64,000 nucleotides of DNA. Origin: Thermoanaerobaculia bacterium. Lineage in GTDB: Bacteria > Acidobacteriota > Thermoanaerobaculia > Gp7-AA8. The stretch is taken from positions 5,069,777-5,133,776 of the forward strand of contig OY970284.1 of NCBI GenBank assembly GCA_963715895.1, in the 5' to 3' direction. The notes below the pieces were generated by a model that was given only the letters and a program-made list of their open reading frames with translations, searched no databases and had not been told where the DNA came from. Positions 8,917 through 17,078 of this stretch are shown piece by piece; position 1 is the first letter of the stretch; the number at the start of each line of letters is the position of its first letter. Made by a program: the position numbers and the translations under genes.

Positions 8917-10764
8917 TTAGTATCGGACGGTGACCAGCGGCCGCACGGTCGCAGCGCTGCCGGCGGAGTCGGTGGTGGTCAGGATGATTTCGTAGACATC
9001 TGGGGCAACCCAGTCGCCGTTGTCGGCCCGCCCATTCCAGTGGACGGTGAGATGGCCTGCTGGTTGCGCAGCCAGAGCGATGGTCCGTAGTATTGATCCC
9101 GAGCCGGTGTTTCGGAACTGACAGGCGGTTGTGACGCTCCTCGACTGGAACGTCGCCACGTCGAATGACACATCAAGGCCGGTCGCGATCGAGGTCGCGG
9201 ATGCCGGGTTGAAGATCGACGATGAGATGGCGAGATTCGAGATCGCGGGATTCGTACCGAAGACGAGCACCGCGTTCTTCGGCCAGTTGTCGTTCCGGCG
9301 AATGACCGCCAAGTACGGCGCGGACGGCACATAGATCGATGAGGTCGTGCGGCCGAACCAAGCGATTTCGTGCGCGCCCGCGGACTGGTAGTCATTCGTG
9401 ATGCACTCGGTTGGATTGCAGGAGGTGTCCGCTTCCGGACTGGTGCCTACCTTGACGACGACAATCGCAGGCGTCGAGCCGGTGCACGCGGGCGGATCGC
9501 CGCCGCCGACGCAGTAATTGATGCGCAGCGGTTTGTTGGTGAACGGATCGAAGATGACGCTTGAGTCGTTGCAAGCCACGAGCGCGCCTGCGCCGTTGCG
9601 ACACTTTCCGTATGGCAGTTGCGTCACGCCGCCCACGAACTGTGTGCTCTGGTCCCAGGTGACCGTGCCGGACCCGGAGACGGCGGTGGCGATGTACTGG
9701 TAGGCTCCGTCCGCGACCACCACGCCGGCGTCGTTCGTCCCGTTCCAGACGTCCGTGTACGTGGCCGGGGAACGCTGCGCATTCACGAGCGTTCGGACGA
9801 CCGTTCCGGTTTGCACGGAGCGGATGGTGATTGTCTCGGTGAGCGTAAACGGGACGACTGAGGTGTAGGTGACCGTGCCGCTTGCGGCAGCGTTCAACTG
9901 GTAGACGCTTTGACTAACCGTGAAGCTCGGCAGCGTGACTGTGACATGGAAGGAGCCGAACGCGGAGTTGGCGTGCGCGTCGGTGGCCGAACAGAGCACC
10001 GTCGTCATACCTGTTGGAAAGGTATCGCCCGATGCCGGCGCGCAGGTGACGGCGATCGAGCCATCGATGGCATCGGTCGCCGTCGCGGTAAAGGTCACGA
10101 CCTGCGTGCTGCTCGCGATGTCTGCCGGCACATGGATCACCGGCGAACCGGTATCTGAGACGTAAACCTCAAAGCTGCCGGAGGTGCTACCGGAGCTGTC
10201 CGTCGCGGTGCAATTCACAGTCGTGCTATCGAGCGGGAACAGCGAGCCCGAGGCGTGGTCGCAAGTGATCGTCGGTGCCGGTGCTACGAAGCTGTAGCCA
10301 GTGACGGTGAAGGAAACGTTCGCGCCGGCGGGACCGGTTGCTTCCGCGAAGACCGACTCGGGCAGGGCAAGCAGCGGAGCCTGCTGGCCGGGTCGCGCGA
10401 GCACGTCGAAGGAAGCGGGGCCGATCGTGCGTACGCCCGTATCATCGGTCGCGATGACGGTGATGGAGTAATGGCCCGTGACCATGAGCACCTGATCGGG
10501 AATCGCCAGATAGACCGTGTCAGAGCCCGAGGCCGGATCGTGGAACCCGCCGCTCCAATCCCGCGTGAAGGAGCCTGCGGGACCGGAGATGACGCACTGC
10601 GTGGTGAGGGTGCCGATCAGATTCACGCCCTGGAGCGTCACGAACTCCTCGACGTCAAAGACGTAGTAGAACGAGGGGCTCACCGAGGTGATCGAGTCAG
10701 CGAAAGCCGCGGATGAGACGAGCAGAAGAAGAGAGAGAACCGCGGCGATCCTTGCGCGGTTCAC
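8917..10764 (-). CDS. Secreted protein with two HYR domains and two FlgD Ig-like domains
   Basis: GTG start overlaps the upstream stop; signal peptide (AVLSLLLLVSSAAFA); HYR motifs SGSLFPLDSTTVNCTATD and SGDTFPTGMTTVLCSATD; FlgD motifs WNGTNDAG.VVADG.Y and WNGRADNG.WVAPD.Y. Confidence 0.8.
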   Translation of the reverse strand: MNRARIAAVLSLLLLVSSAAFADSITSVSPSFYYVFDVEEFVTLQGVNLIGTLTTQCVISGPAGSFTRDWSGGFHDPASGSDTVYLAIPDQVLMVTGHYSITVIATDDTGVRTIGPASFDVLARPGQQAPLLALPESVFAEATGPAGANVSFTVTGYSFVAPAPTITCDHASGSLFPLDSTTVNCTATDSSGSTSGSFEVYVSDTGSPVIHVPADIASSTQVVTFTATATDAIDGSIAVTCAPASGDTFPTGMTTVLCSATDAHANSAFGSFHVTVTLPSFTVSQSVYQLNAAASGTVTYTSVVPFTLTETITIRSVQTGTVVRTLVNAQRSPATYTDVWNGTNDAGVVVADGAYQYIATAVSGSGTVTWDQSTQFVGGVTQLPYGKCRNGAGALVACNDSSVIFDPFTNKPLRINYCVGGGDPPACTGSTPAIVVVKVGTSPEADTSCNPTECITNDYQSAGAHEIAWFGRTTSSIYVPSAPYLAVIRRNDNWPKNAVLVFGTNPAISNLAISSSIFNPASATSIATGLDVSFDVATFQSRSVTTACQFRNTGSGSILRTIALAAQPAGHLTVHWNGRADNGDWVAPDVYEIILTTTDSAGSAATVRPLVTVRY

Positions 10765-11897
10765 CGCGCGCCTCGCGATGCCGCTTTGACAACTTCGCCT
10801 CGCCGGGCGCGGATCGTGTCGGTTGCGAGCGGCCCCCACTCGCTCCGCCAGTTGATCGAGACTCGCTGCACCGATTGATCGTGCTGCAGCGGAACGTCGA
10901 CAATCTTTCCCACTGCGACCGTCTCGCCAACGCGACGTCCATTGATGAAGCGGTGGATGCGCGAGGGCTGACGAGCGAACGCGGCTGCCGTCGGTCCACT
11001 GAGCGAAAGGCGGAGCCGTATGGCATCGTCGTGAACGATCCACGTGCGCTCGGCGGCCGACCAAGTGGCATTGAGCGGCTCGACCCGCAATGAAGGCGAG
11101 ACATCGTCAATCGTCGAGAGGCCGCCGTGATGTTCGAACGCAGAGTGCCGATGCGAAAAAACCGAGGCACCCTTGCGCCTAACCGCCTCCCCGACGAAGG
11201 TTCGCTCGTGATTCCCGTAGGCGATCACGGTCCCGTCCGCGAGCGGCTCGGCGGCGATGGACACCGCAAATCCATCGAGGTCTGCGATGAAAACTCCACC
11301 GCGATCATCGAAGCCGTTCCAGTGCTCGGCGATCGTGCCGCCGGAGCGCGGTTCGCGGTTGACGATGGTCTTCATGACCGGCCCGTCGATCGCCTTACCT
11401 TGCGCGTCGAAGACTGCGCTGCCCGCCTGAATGTGAACGCGAGACGCGCGAGGAAGAGTGTAGGCCAGCGTGCCGCTACGCCGGTCGAAGTAGCGCGGCG
11501 GAATCGAAACTGGCGTTGACGGGTGATCGGCGGGGAACCACAGCTCGCGGCTCTTCGCATCTGACCATGCGATGCGGAACGAATACGCTTCATCTGCCAC
11601 AACCCGGCCGGCGTCATCTCGTCCGTCCCACGCAAATGAGCAATTCCCCTTAACCGTGTGCGCCGCGGCGATCGAACGCACGACGAAGCCGTCGCGGTCG
11701 ACGACCTGAATGGAAGCGCGTCCCGCCTTCAGGAACGTGACGGCCAGATCGACCGTCTCGGCGGCTTTCGGATTGAACGTGTCGCGTTTCAGCGAAACGG
11801 TCCCGATCGCGCGCGTCCCCTCAGCGATGAGCGGCGAAACCAAAAGGCAGGAGGTCAGAAGAAGGAGCGTGATTTTCACCGAATGACGCATCGCCAA
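10761..11897 (-). CDS. Secreted FlgD Ig-like domain protein
   Basis: Signal peptide; FNP...VVRSI...FAWDGRDDAGRVVADEAY and a second WNGFDDRG motif. Confidence 0.75.
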   Translation of the reverse strand: MAMRHSVKITLLLLTSCLLVSPLIAEGTRAIGTVSLKRDTFNPKAAETVDLAVTFLKAGRASIQVVDRDGFVVRSIAAAHTVKGNCSFAWDGRDDAGRVVADEAYSFRIAWSDAKSRELWFPADHPSTPVSIPPRYFDRRSGTLAYTLPRASRVHIQAGSAVFDAQGKAIDGPVMKTIVNREPRSGGTIAEHWNGFDDRGGVFIADLDGFAVSIAAEPLADGTVIAYGNHERTFVGEAVRRKGASVFSHRHSAFEHHGGLSTIDDVSPSLRVEPLNATWSAAERTWIVHDDAIRLRLSLSGPTAAAFARQPSRIHRFINGRRVGETVAVGKIVDVPLQHDQSVQRVSINWRSEWGPLATDTIRARRGEVVKAASRGAR

Positions 11898-12012
11898 TCT
11901 CCATGTTCGTATCGTGGTTAGACGCCTGGGACCACAGGATCGAAACCGGTCTCGCCGACCTTGTGCCGTCTATTGATGGAGTGCCGCAGCCGACAAAAGT
12001 CCCACCCTTCGG

Positions 12013-12249
12013 TTAGTGGCTTCCAATCCCGAAGAAGAGCTCTGCTTCCGTGACCCGTCGCCCAATGAGGGCCGAACACGCCGCGACGAGCCTGGAGCTC
12101 GTTCTCGCTGAGGCAAGGCTGCCCTTTCGCAAGCGGAGGATCGTCGGCCGGCTGACGTTCGCCTTCCGTGAAAGTCGGAGCGGTCGAATGTGGTGATCGC
12201 GCAACCATCTGTCGAACGTCGTGTCGAATCTGATCGGCATCGAATTCAC
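12013..12249 (-). CDS. Small XRE-like HTH protein
   Basis: FDRWLRDHHIRPLRLSRKANVSRPTILRLRKG; similar to the HTH of the 13323-14744 protein. Confidence 0.65.
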   Translation of the reverse strand: MNSMPIRFDTTFDRWLRDHHIRPLRLSRKANVSRPTILRLRKGSLASARTSSRLVAACSALIGRRVTEAELFFGIGSH

Positions 12250-12330
12250 CCCTGGGCAGGCGTAGTTGAAGCGAACGGGTGGCGGCTGGCGGCGAGATGC
12301 AGAGAGAGATTGTCCGGGCCCGGTCCATCA

Positions 12331-13035
12331 TTACGCTGGGCAAGTGGCACGAGGTTGAAGCAGGTGTGCCTTTCGAGGTGAGGTTCGGCCGCCAGCCGCC
12401 ATAACAGTTTCGTCTTTGTTCTCTCTCCTTCTGCGTAGTCCAGCGCCACCGCTGACTACGGCAAGCGCCGCGCGACCAAGAATGGTCCCCATCGCGTCGC
12501 GAAGCGCTACCTCTATTGTTCTGAAGAACCGTTTTTCCGCCGCACTCTGACGACGCCCGCGGCGCGCAAACTCGGCGTCGCTCTCAGCGATGTCGCGGGT
12601 GGAGAGCTCGGGTTGCAGTACAAGAACGATCGGTAACACGCCTTCGCCGGTGGATTGCAGCGAGTCCATAAAACCCTCGACTACTTCGTGAACGATGAGC
12701 GAGAGCGCGCTCAAAAACTGACGCGCAGGAACCTTCGAGCCCACTGCTTCTACGATCGGCTTCCGGACTCTCCGCATGCGATCCGTAGCTTGGATGGGAC
12801 GCCGGCGAGTGGTGCTGGTCGGAGCGGCGCCGGCTTGTCGGCTGTGCGATCGTGAGGGACGGGTTGGGTTCATGTTCTGGCTTTCCGTGGGGCGATGAAG
12901 GGCCAACCTCGCCCCTTGGCGGTTAAGATACTTATGGACGTGTTTACGAACGGCAGCAGGAAACCACGCCGACCCTGTCAGGTCAACCATGGTGCAGATA
13001 TGCGTCATGTGGCTCAACCCGAGCACATCAGACAC
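12331..13035 (-). CDS. Hypothetical protein (true start uncertain, possibly ~12873)
   Basis: Long ORF upstream of the small HTH gene; no motif recognised. Confidence 0.35.
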   Translation of the reverse strand: MSDVLGLSHMTHICTMVDLTGSAWFPAAVRKHVHKYLNRQGARLALHRPTESQNMNPTRPSRSHSRQAGAAPTSTTRRRPIQATDRMRRVRKPIVEAVGSKVPARQFLSALSLIVHEVVEGFMDSLQSTGEGVLPIVLVLQPELSTRDIAESDAEFARRGRRQSAAEKRFFRTIEVALRDAMGTILGRAALAVVSGGAGLRRRRENKDETVMAAGGRTSPRKAHLLQPRATCPA

Positions 13036-13095
13036 ATTTCTGCGTCATTTGATCCGAGGGGTAGGACTTCTTTCTGTCGGTGCACTCCCTAAGAG

Positions 13096-13293
13096 ATGAT
13101 GCCCGGCGACGACCAAGCTGAACCGACGTGCTCTCCATCGACAGCCGATGCGTGGTTATTGATCGACTACCGCCTGATGTGCGACTGCGTGGGGCCGCTC
13201 AGCCTTGCCGACTTCATCGCGGGCTACCGGTCGATCGATGAGTGGTTCGCACACCATCATTTGCCGCTGCCGGAGATGCAACTTGCGAGTTGA
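13096..13293 (+). CDS. Small hypothetical protein
   Basis: 65-aa ORF with protein-like composition directly upstream of the XRE-TPR gene. Confidence 0.35.
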   Translation: MMPGDDQAEPTCSPSTADAWLLIDYRLMCDCVGPLSLADFIAGYRSIDEWFAHHHLPLPEMQLAS

Positions 13294-13322
13294 CGGATGC
13301 CGGTAAACACACGAGGGCTGCT

Positions 13323-14744
13323 GTGCTGACGCGACTCGAGATCTTCAGGGTGTCGCGGGGCATCGCGGTCGGAGACCTGATCGCGGAAGCGGGTATCAGC
13401 CGCCAGCATCTGCTCCGGATGCGCAAAGGCGAACTCCAGCCCCGCCGCGACATGATCGCGGCGGTCGTATCGGCATTGCGGCAGCTCTCACTCGAAGACG
13501 TGCAGCCGGAAGACGTTATCGAGCTCACGGTCGAGGAATCCGGACCTTGGCGACGGCAAGGCCGGCAACGCCTCTCTGCAGATATCAGCGAGTGGAAACG
13601 CGAGCGCGACGCGGCGGCTGATCTCCTTGGGGCGCTGCCGAAGATGCCTATCGATGATTGGCTTCCATTCTTGGAGAAGCGCGCACACTCCGACGCAGCC
13701 GTGCGTGCACTGCTCTTCGAGGGTCGCCGCATCATCGACGAAGACCCGCGGCATGCCCGTGCGCTCTTTCATGTGGCGACCCAACTGGCAGAGCGTCTGA
13801 CGACCATTCGCCGCGAATACCGGCTCGCGCTCGTGGGGAGAGCCTGGCTTGAACTCGCGAACGCGCTCCGACAACTCGGCTTGATTCGAGAGGCCTTGGG
13901 TCCGCTTGAAGAGGCGGAGCGCCGATTCGAGGGAGAGCCGTACTGCACGAAGGAGCTTGGCCGCGCATGGCTCGCGCGCGGCACGATTCTCATGAAGATG
14001 GGCGATCTTGCCGGAGCGGAGCACTACCTCGCCTGCGCGGTGAACATCTTCGCCGCTGTCGACGATCCGGTTCGCATCGCGAAGGTTCGGATGGTGCAAG
14101 CGGGGGTGCTCTTCGAACGGAGCGATTTCGAGGGAGCGCGCTCGCTCTGGCTCGCGGCGGTACCCGCCTTGAGCGCCGGCAGGGAGCGCCACGCGCTGCC
14201 GGTCGCGTGGTTGAATCTTGGCCTCTGCGACGTGGAACAGAACCGTATCGGGTCGGCAAGAACGTGGCTCGAAAAAGCGTTGCACGCTTTTCAACGCATT
14301 CGCTGCGAGGTCGAGGTGCTTCGAACGCAGTGGGCGCTCGCGCGTATCAACGCGCTCTTTGAGGATCGGAAGTCCGGCTTAGCGGCGTTGTTCCAACTGC
14401 GTGCCGCCTTCGAGAAACGCGGCCTTCTCACCGATGGCGGGATGGTGATGCTCGATGCGACGGAAGCATTGCTCATCCCACCGCGACGGCCGGGAGCAGC
14501 GGCTCAAATCTGCAACTCGCTACCTCAGCTCTTTGACCGCGCCGGTGCGACGCGGGAAGCACTCAAGGCTCTGGCGTATCTCCAGGAGGCGGCAGCGGCG
14601 CATCGCCTCACGGTGGAAGATGTCCGTTCCGTAAAAATCTTTTTGGATCGCGCAGAAGACGGACAAGAGGATGCGTTCGTGCCGCCGAAGAAAAGAAGCG
14701 CGACGAGGAGCGAGCGGCCTGCAGGCCCCTCGTCGGACGGGTGA
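13323..14744 (+). CDS. XRE-HTH + tetratricopeptide repeat regulator
   Basis: N-terminal HTH (DLIAEAGISRQHLLRMRKGELQP) followed by TPR helices. GTG start at 13323 after GAGG (ORF track begins 13242). Confidence 0.8.
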   Translation: MLTRLEIFRVSRGIAVGDLIAEAGISRQHLLRMRKGELQPRRDMIAAVVSALRQLSLEDVQPEDVIELTVEESGPWRRQGRQRLSADISEWKRERDAAADLLGALPKMPIDDWLPFLEKRAHSDAAVRALLFEGRRIIDEDPRHARALFHVATQLAERLTTIRREYRLALVGRAWLELANALRQLGLIREALGPLEEAERRFEGEPYCTKELGRAWLARGTILMKMGDLAGAEHYLACAVNIFAAVDDPVRIAKVRMVQAGVLFERSDFEGARSLWLAAVPALSAGRERHALPVAWLNLGLCDVEQNRIGSARTWLEKALHAFQRIRCEVEVLRTQWALARINALFEDRKSGLAALFQLRAAFEKRGLLTDGGMVMLDATEALLIPPRRPGAAAQICNSLPQLFDRAGATREALKALAYLQEAAAAHRLTVEDVRSVKIFLDRAEDGQEDAFVPPKKRSATRSERPAGPSSDG

Positions 14745-15015
14745 CCCACAGGTGCGCTTATGGATGCGGAACTGAAATGCGGCTTTCGAGCAGCAAGTCG
14801 AACAAGAGATCCAACATGGACAGACCCTCCTCCTCCCGCCGCGATACCTGCGGCAGCGATGGTTGATGGAGAGGGCCGGCCCTCGCTCGGTCTAGGGATT
14901 ACCGATGTCGCAAATGTATGACCCCGAAAATCATCCTTTCGCCGGGTCGGAAGGGCTGTTCGCTATACTTCCGGCCATTCCGGCACCGCATCGACTTCTG
15001 CGGTCGCGCCTCCGT

Positions 15016-15537
15016 ATGTCCGAACCCACAGATACATCGCTCCTCGATGTGGACACGCAGGTCACGGCGGCGTATCACGAGCACTACCGAGTGCTGGAAT
15101 ACGTCGCGGTGCAGAAATTCCGCATCCCGGACGAGGACGTGCGCGGGCTTATCCACGAGGTATTCGTGGCCTTCATCAAGGCGCGAAATAAGGTGTACGA
15201 CGAGCGGGCGTGGCTAGTCGGCGCGATGTGCAACCATTGCCGGCTGTATTGGCGCGCCCACGGCCGGGACGCCGGCGCTCTTCCCCTCGACGAGGAACGC
15301 GCGTGCGACGCCGAGGATGTGGCGAGGCGCGTCGACGTGAGCACGGTGCTGCGGCGTCTGCCGCAACGCTGCCGCGAGATCCTGCACCTGCGGTTCTTCG
15401 AGGAATACTCATCCGAGGAGATCGCGAACCATTTCGCAACGACGGTCCAGTACGCCAGAAAGATGGTCTATCGGTGCGTATGTGCTGCCCGGCTAGTTCT
15501 CACGCGCATCACGGTTCGCAGGAGCCAGCAGCCGTGA
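15016..15537 (+). CDS. ECF (sigma-70 group 4) RNA polymerase sigma factor
   Basis: Region 2 (EDVRGLIHEVFV...AWLVGAMCNHCRLYWR) and region 4 (LRRLPQRCREILHLRFFEEYSSEEIA); TATACT -10-like box at ~14964. Confidence 0.88.
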   Translation: MSEPTDTSLLDVDTQVTAAYHEHYRVLEYVAVQKFRIPDEDVRGLIHEVFVAFIKARNKVYDERAWLVGAMCNHCRLYWRAHGRDAGALPLDEERACDAEDVARRVDVSTVLRRLPQRCREILHLRFFEEYSSEEIANHFATTVQYARKMVYRCVCAARLVLTRITVRRSQQP

Positions 15538-16874
15538 TCGATGGCCACTACGAGAGCTGGGAACTCCTTGCGTTCATCGAGGAGGCCCGTGACATCGTTG
15601 ATATGGATGCCGCAGCCATCCACATCGATACGTGCGATATCTGCGGCGCTGGGATGCGCGAGTGGCGCGCTTTCATCGGTCTTTTCTTTGATCGGGACGT
15701 GTATGAATTCGCCCGCCGAAAGACGATGCGGCTGCTTGCTGCACAAGTTGCCGATGCCCAGAATGTCGCCCGGCGAGTCATCGTGGAGGACGCGGCAGCG
15801 GAGCACACCTTTGCGACGCTTTCGGACTGTCCGATCGAGTCCTGGGCGGCCTACCTTTCGGCGAGGCCGGGGCTGCGGACTGAAGGACTGATTCGGCGGA
15901 TCATCCGCGACGCTCGCGACGAATATGACATTCACGCGGAACGTGCGCTGAAGCTCCTTGAGGTGGGTGTCACGATCGCGAATTCTCTCTCCGACGTCAC
16001 AGCGATCGCCGAGCAACGCGCGACGCTCGCAAAGGAGCGCGCGAATGCACTCCGGATGCTGAGCCGCTATCCGGAAGCCTTGGAGTCGCTCGACGAAGCG
16101 GAGCGGTTCCTGGACGTTGTCCCGATCACTGGTGCCGATCGCGCGCTGATAGATTGGGCGCGCGCGACAGTCCTCTTCTATATGACACGGTACTCGGAGG
16201 CGTTGCCGCTCGTCCGCGCCGCGAGTGCTGAACTGATGCGCTTCGGTGAGCTTCCGCGCGTCCAACAAGCAAGGCTGCTTGAAGCGGGAATTCTGTATGA
16301 GATGGGCGAGGTGGAGTCCGCTCTCCGGATGTACGAGGAACTGACATCGTACTTCTTCAGTCTCGACGACGCCGAGACCACGGCGCGCATTTTAGCTAAC
16401 CGCGCTGAGTGCGAGATGCGTCTGGATCGGCCGGGAATCGCGCGCGCACACGCCGCGCGGGCGATCCGATTGTACGAAGAGCTTGGGAAGCCATCCGAGA
16501 AGACACGGGTGCAGTGGACGCTTGCACACATGCTCCTACGCCAAGGGCGGGCGAATGAGGCGCTCGATGATCTCCGTGCCGTCGCGAGCGCGTTTGAGGC
16601 GCTCGGAATGCGGGCAGAGGCAGGCGGAGCTTTGCTCGATATCGTTGAAATCCACGTTGGCCTGCATGAGTGGGAAGATGCGATCCCGCTCGCACGCCAC
16701 CTCGCCGGGCTCTTCACCGTGCTCGAGACGTCGCTACATGCGGCGACAGCCTATGCGTATCTCCGCGAAGCGGTTGAGGCGCAACACGCATCCCAGGAGT
16801 TGGTGGCGTACATTCGGACGTACGCAGAGTTGCCCGACACAACCGAAGCTCCGTTCGTGCCGCCGCAAACGTAG
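15534..16874 (+). CDS. ZAS (zf-HC2) anti-sigma domain + TPR protein
   Basis: GTG start overlaps the sigma stop (GTGA); H..W.L..F...HIDTCDIC (HxxxCxxC) followed by TPR helices; no TM. Confidence 0.8.
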   Translation: MIDGHYESWELLAFIEEARDIVDMDAAAIHIDTCDICGAGMREWRAFIGLFFDRDVYEFARRKTMRLLAAQVADAQNVARRVIVEDAAAEHTFATLSDCPIESWAAYLSARPGLRTEGLIRRIIRDARDEYDIHAERALKLLEVGVTIANSLSDVTAIAEQRATLAKERANALRMLSRYPEALESLDEAERFLDVVPITGADRALIDWARATVLFYMTRYSEALPLVRAASAELMRFGELPRVQQARLLEAGILYEMGEVESALRMYEELTSYFFSLDDAETTARILANRAECEMRLDRPGIARAHAARAIRLYEELGKPSEKTRVQWTLAHMLLRQGRANEALDDLRAVASAFEALGMRAEAGGALLDIVEIHVGLHEWEDAIPLARHLAGLFTVLETSLHAATAYAYLREAVEAQHASQELVAYIRTYAELPDTTEAPFVPPQT

Positions 16875-16910
16875 TCTGCGCCGCGCCGCTGCTTTAATGA
16901 TGGAAGTTGA

Positions 16911-17016
16911 GGGTACATTCGTGGGTACATCGGGTGACCCGGAAGCGGAGAAACGTAGGTTCCATGCGGGTTTTAGGGTGGTGCGCACACGGGTTCAAAT
17001 CCCGTGTGCGCTACCA
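16911..17016 (+). mobile_element. Attachment site (attR-type): tRNA 3' fragment (tRNA-Glu-like) with core symmetry and arm-type repeats
   Basis: ACGGG-TTCAAAT-CCCGT T-arm, acceptor 3' strand GTGCGCT-A-CCA (16987-17016), no D or anticodon arm upstream. 11-bp perfect inverted repeat around the T loop; GGGTACAT direct repeats at 16911 and 16923. Confidence 0.75.
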
Positions 17017-17078
17017 ACCTGACATGCCCTACTCGCTCGACGCACCGAGCAGCGCCGGCATCGTCCACCGCGGTTCAC

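Larger units (their letters stand above)
1..17016. mobile_element. Right end of an integrated prophage/genomic island
   Basis: Phage replication, immunity switch and integrase at left; tRNA-fragment att at right; cargo between them. Confidence 0.6.

Noticed and set aside
12346-12361. Sigma-54 promoter TGGCAC...TTG
   Set aside because: GG-N10-GC spacing is not met.
14768-14802. ECF promoter GGAACT...GTCGAA
   Set aside because: Spacing of 23 bp is too long for an ECF -35/-10 pair.
16940-17016. Intact tRNA gene
   Set aside because: Only the T-arm and 3' acceptor strand are present; no 5' acceptor, D-arm or anticodon arm.
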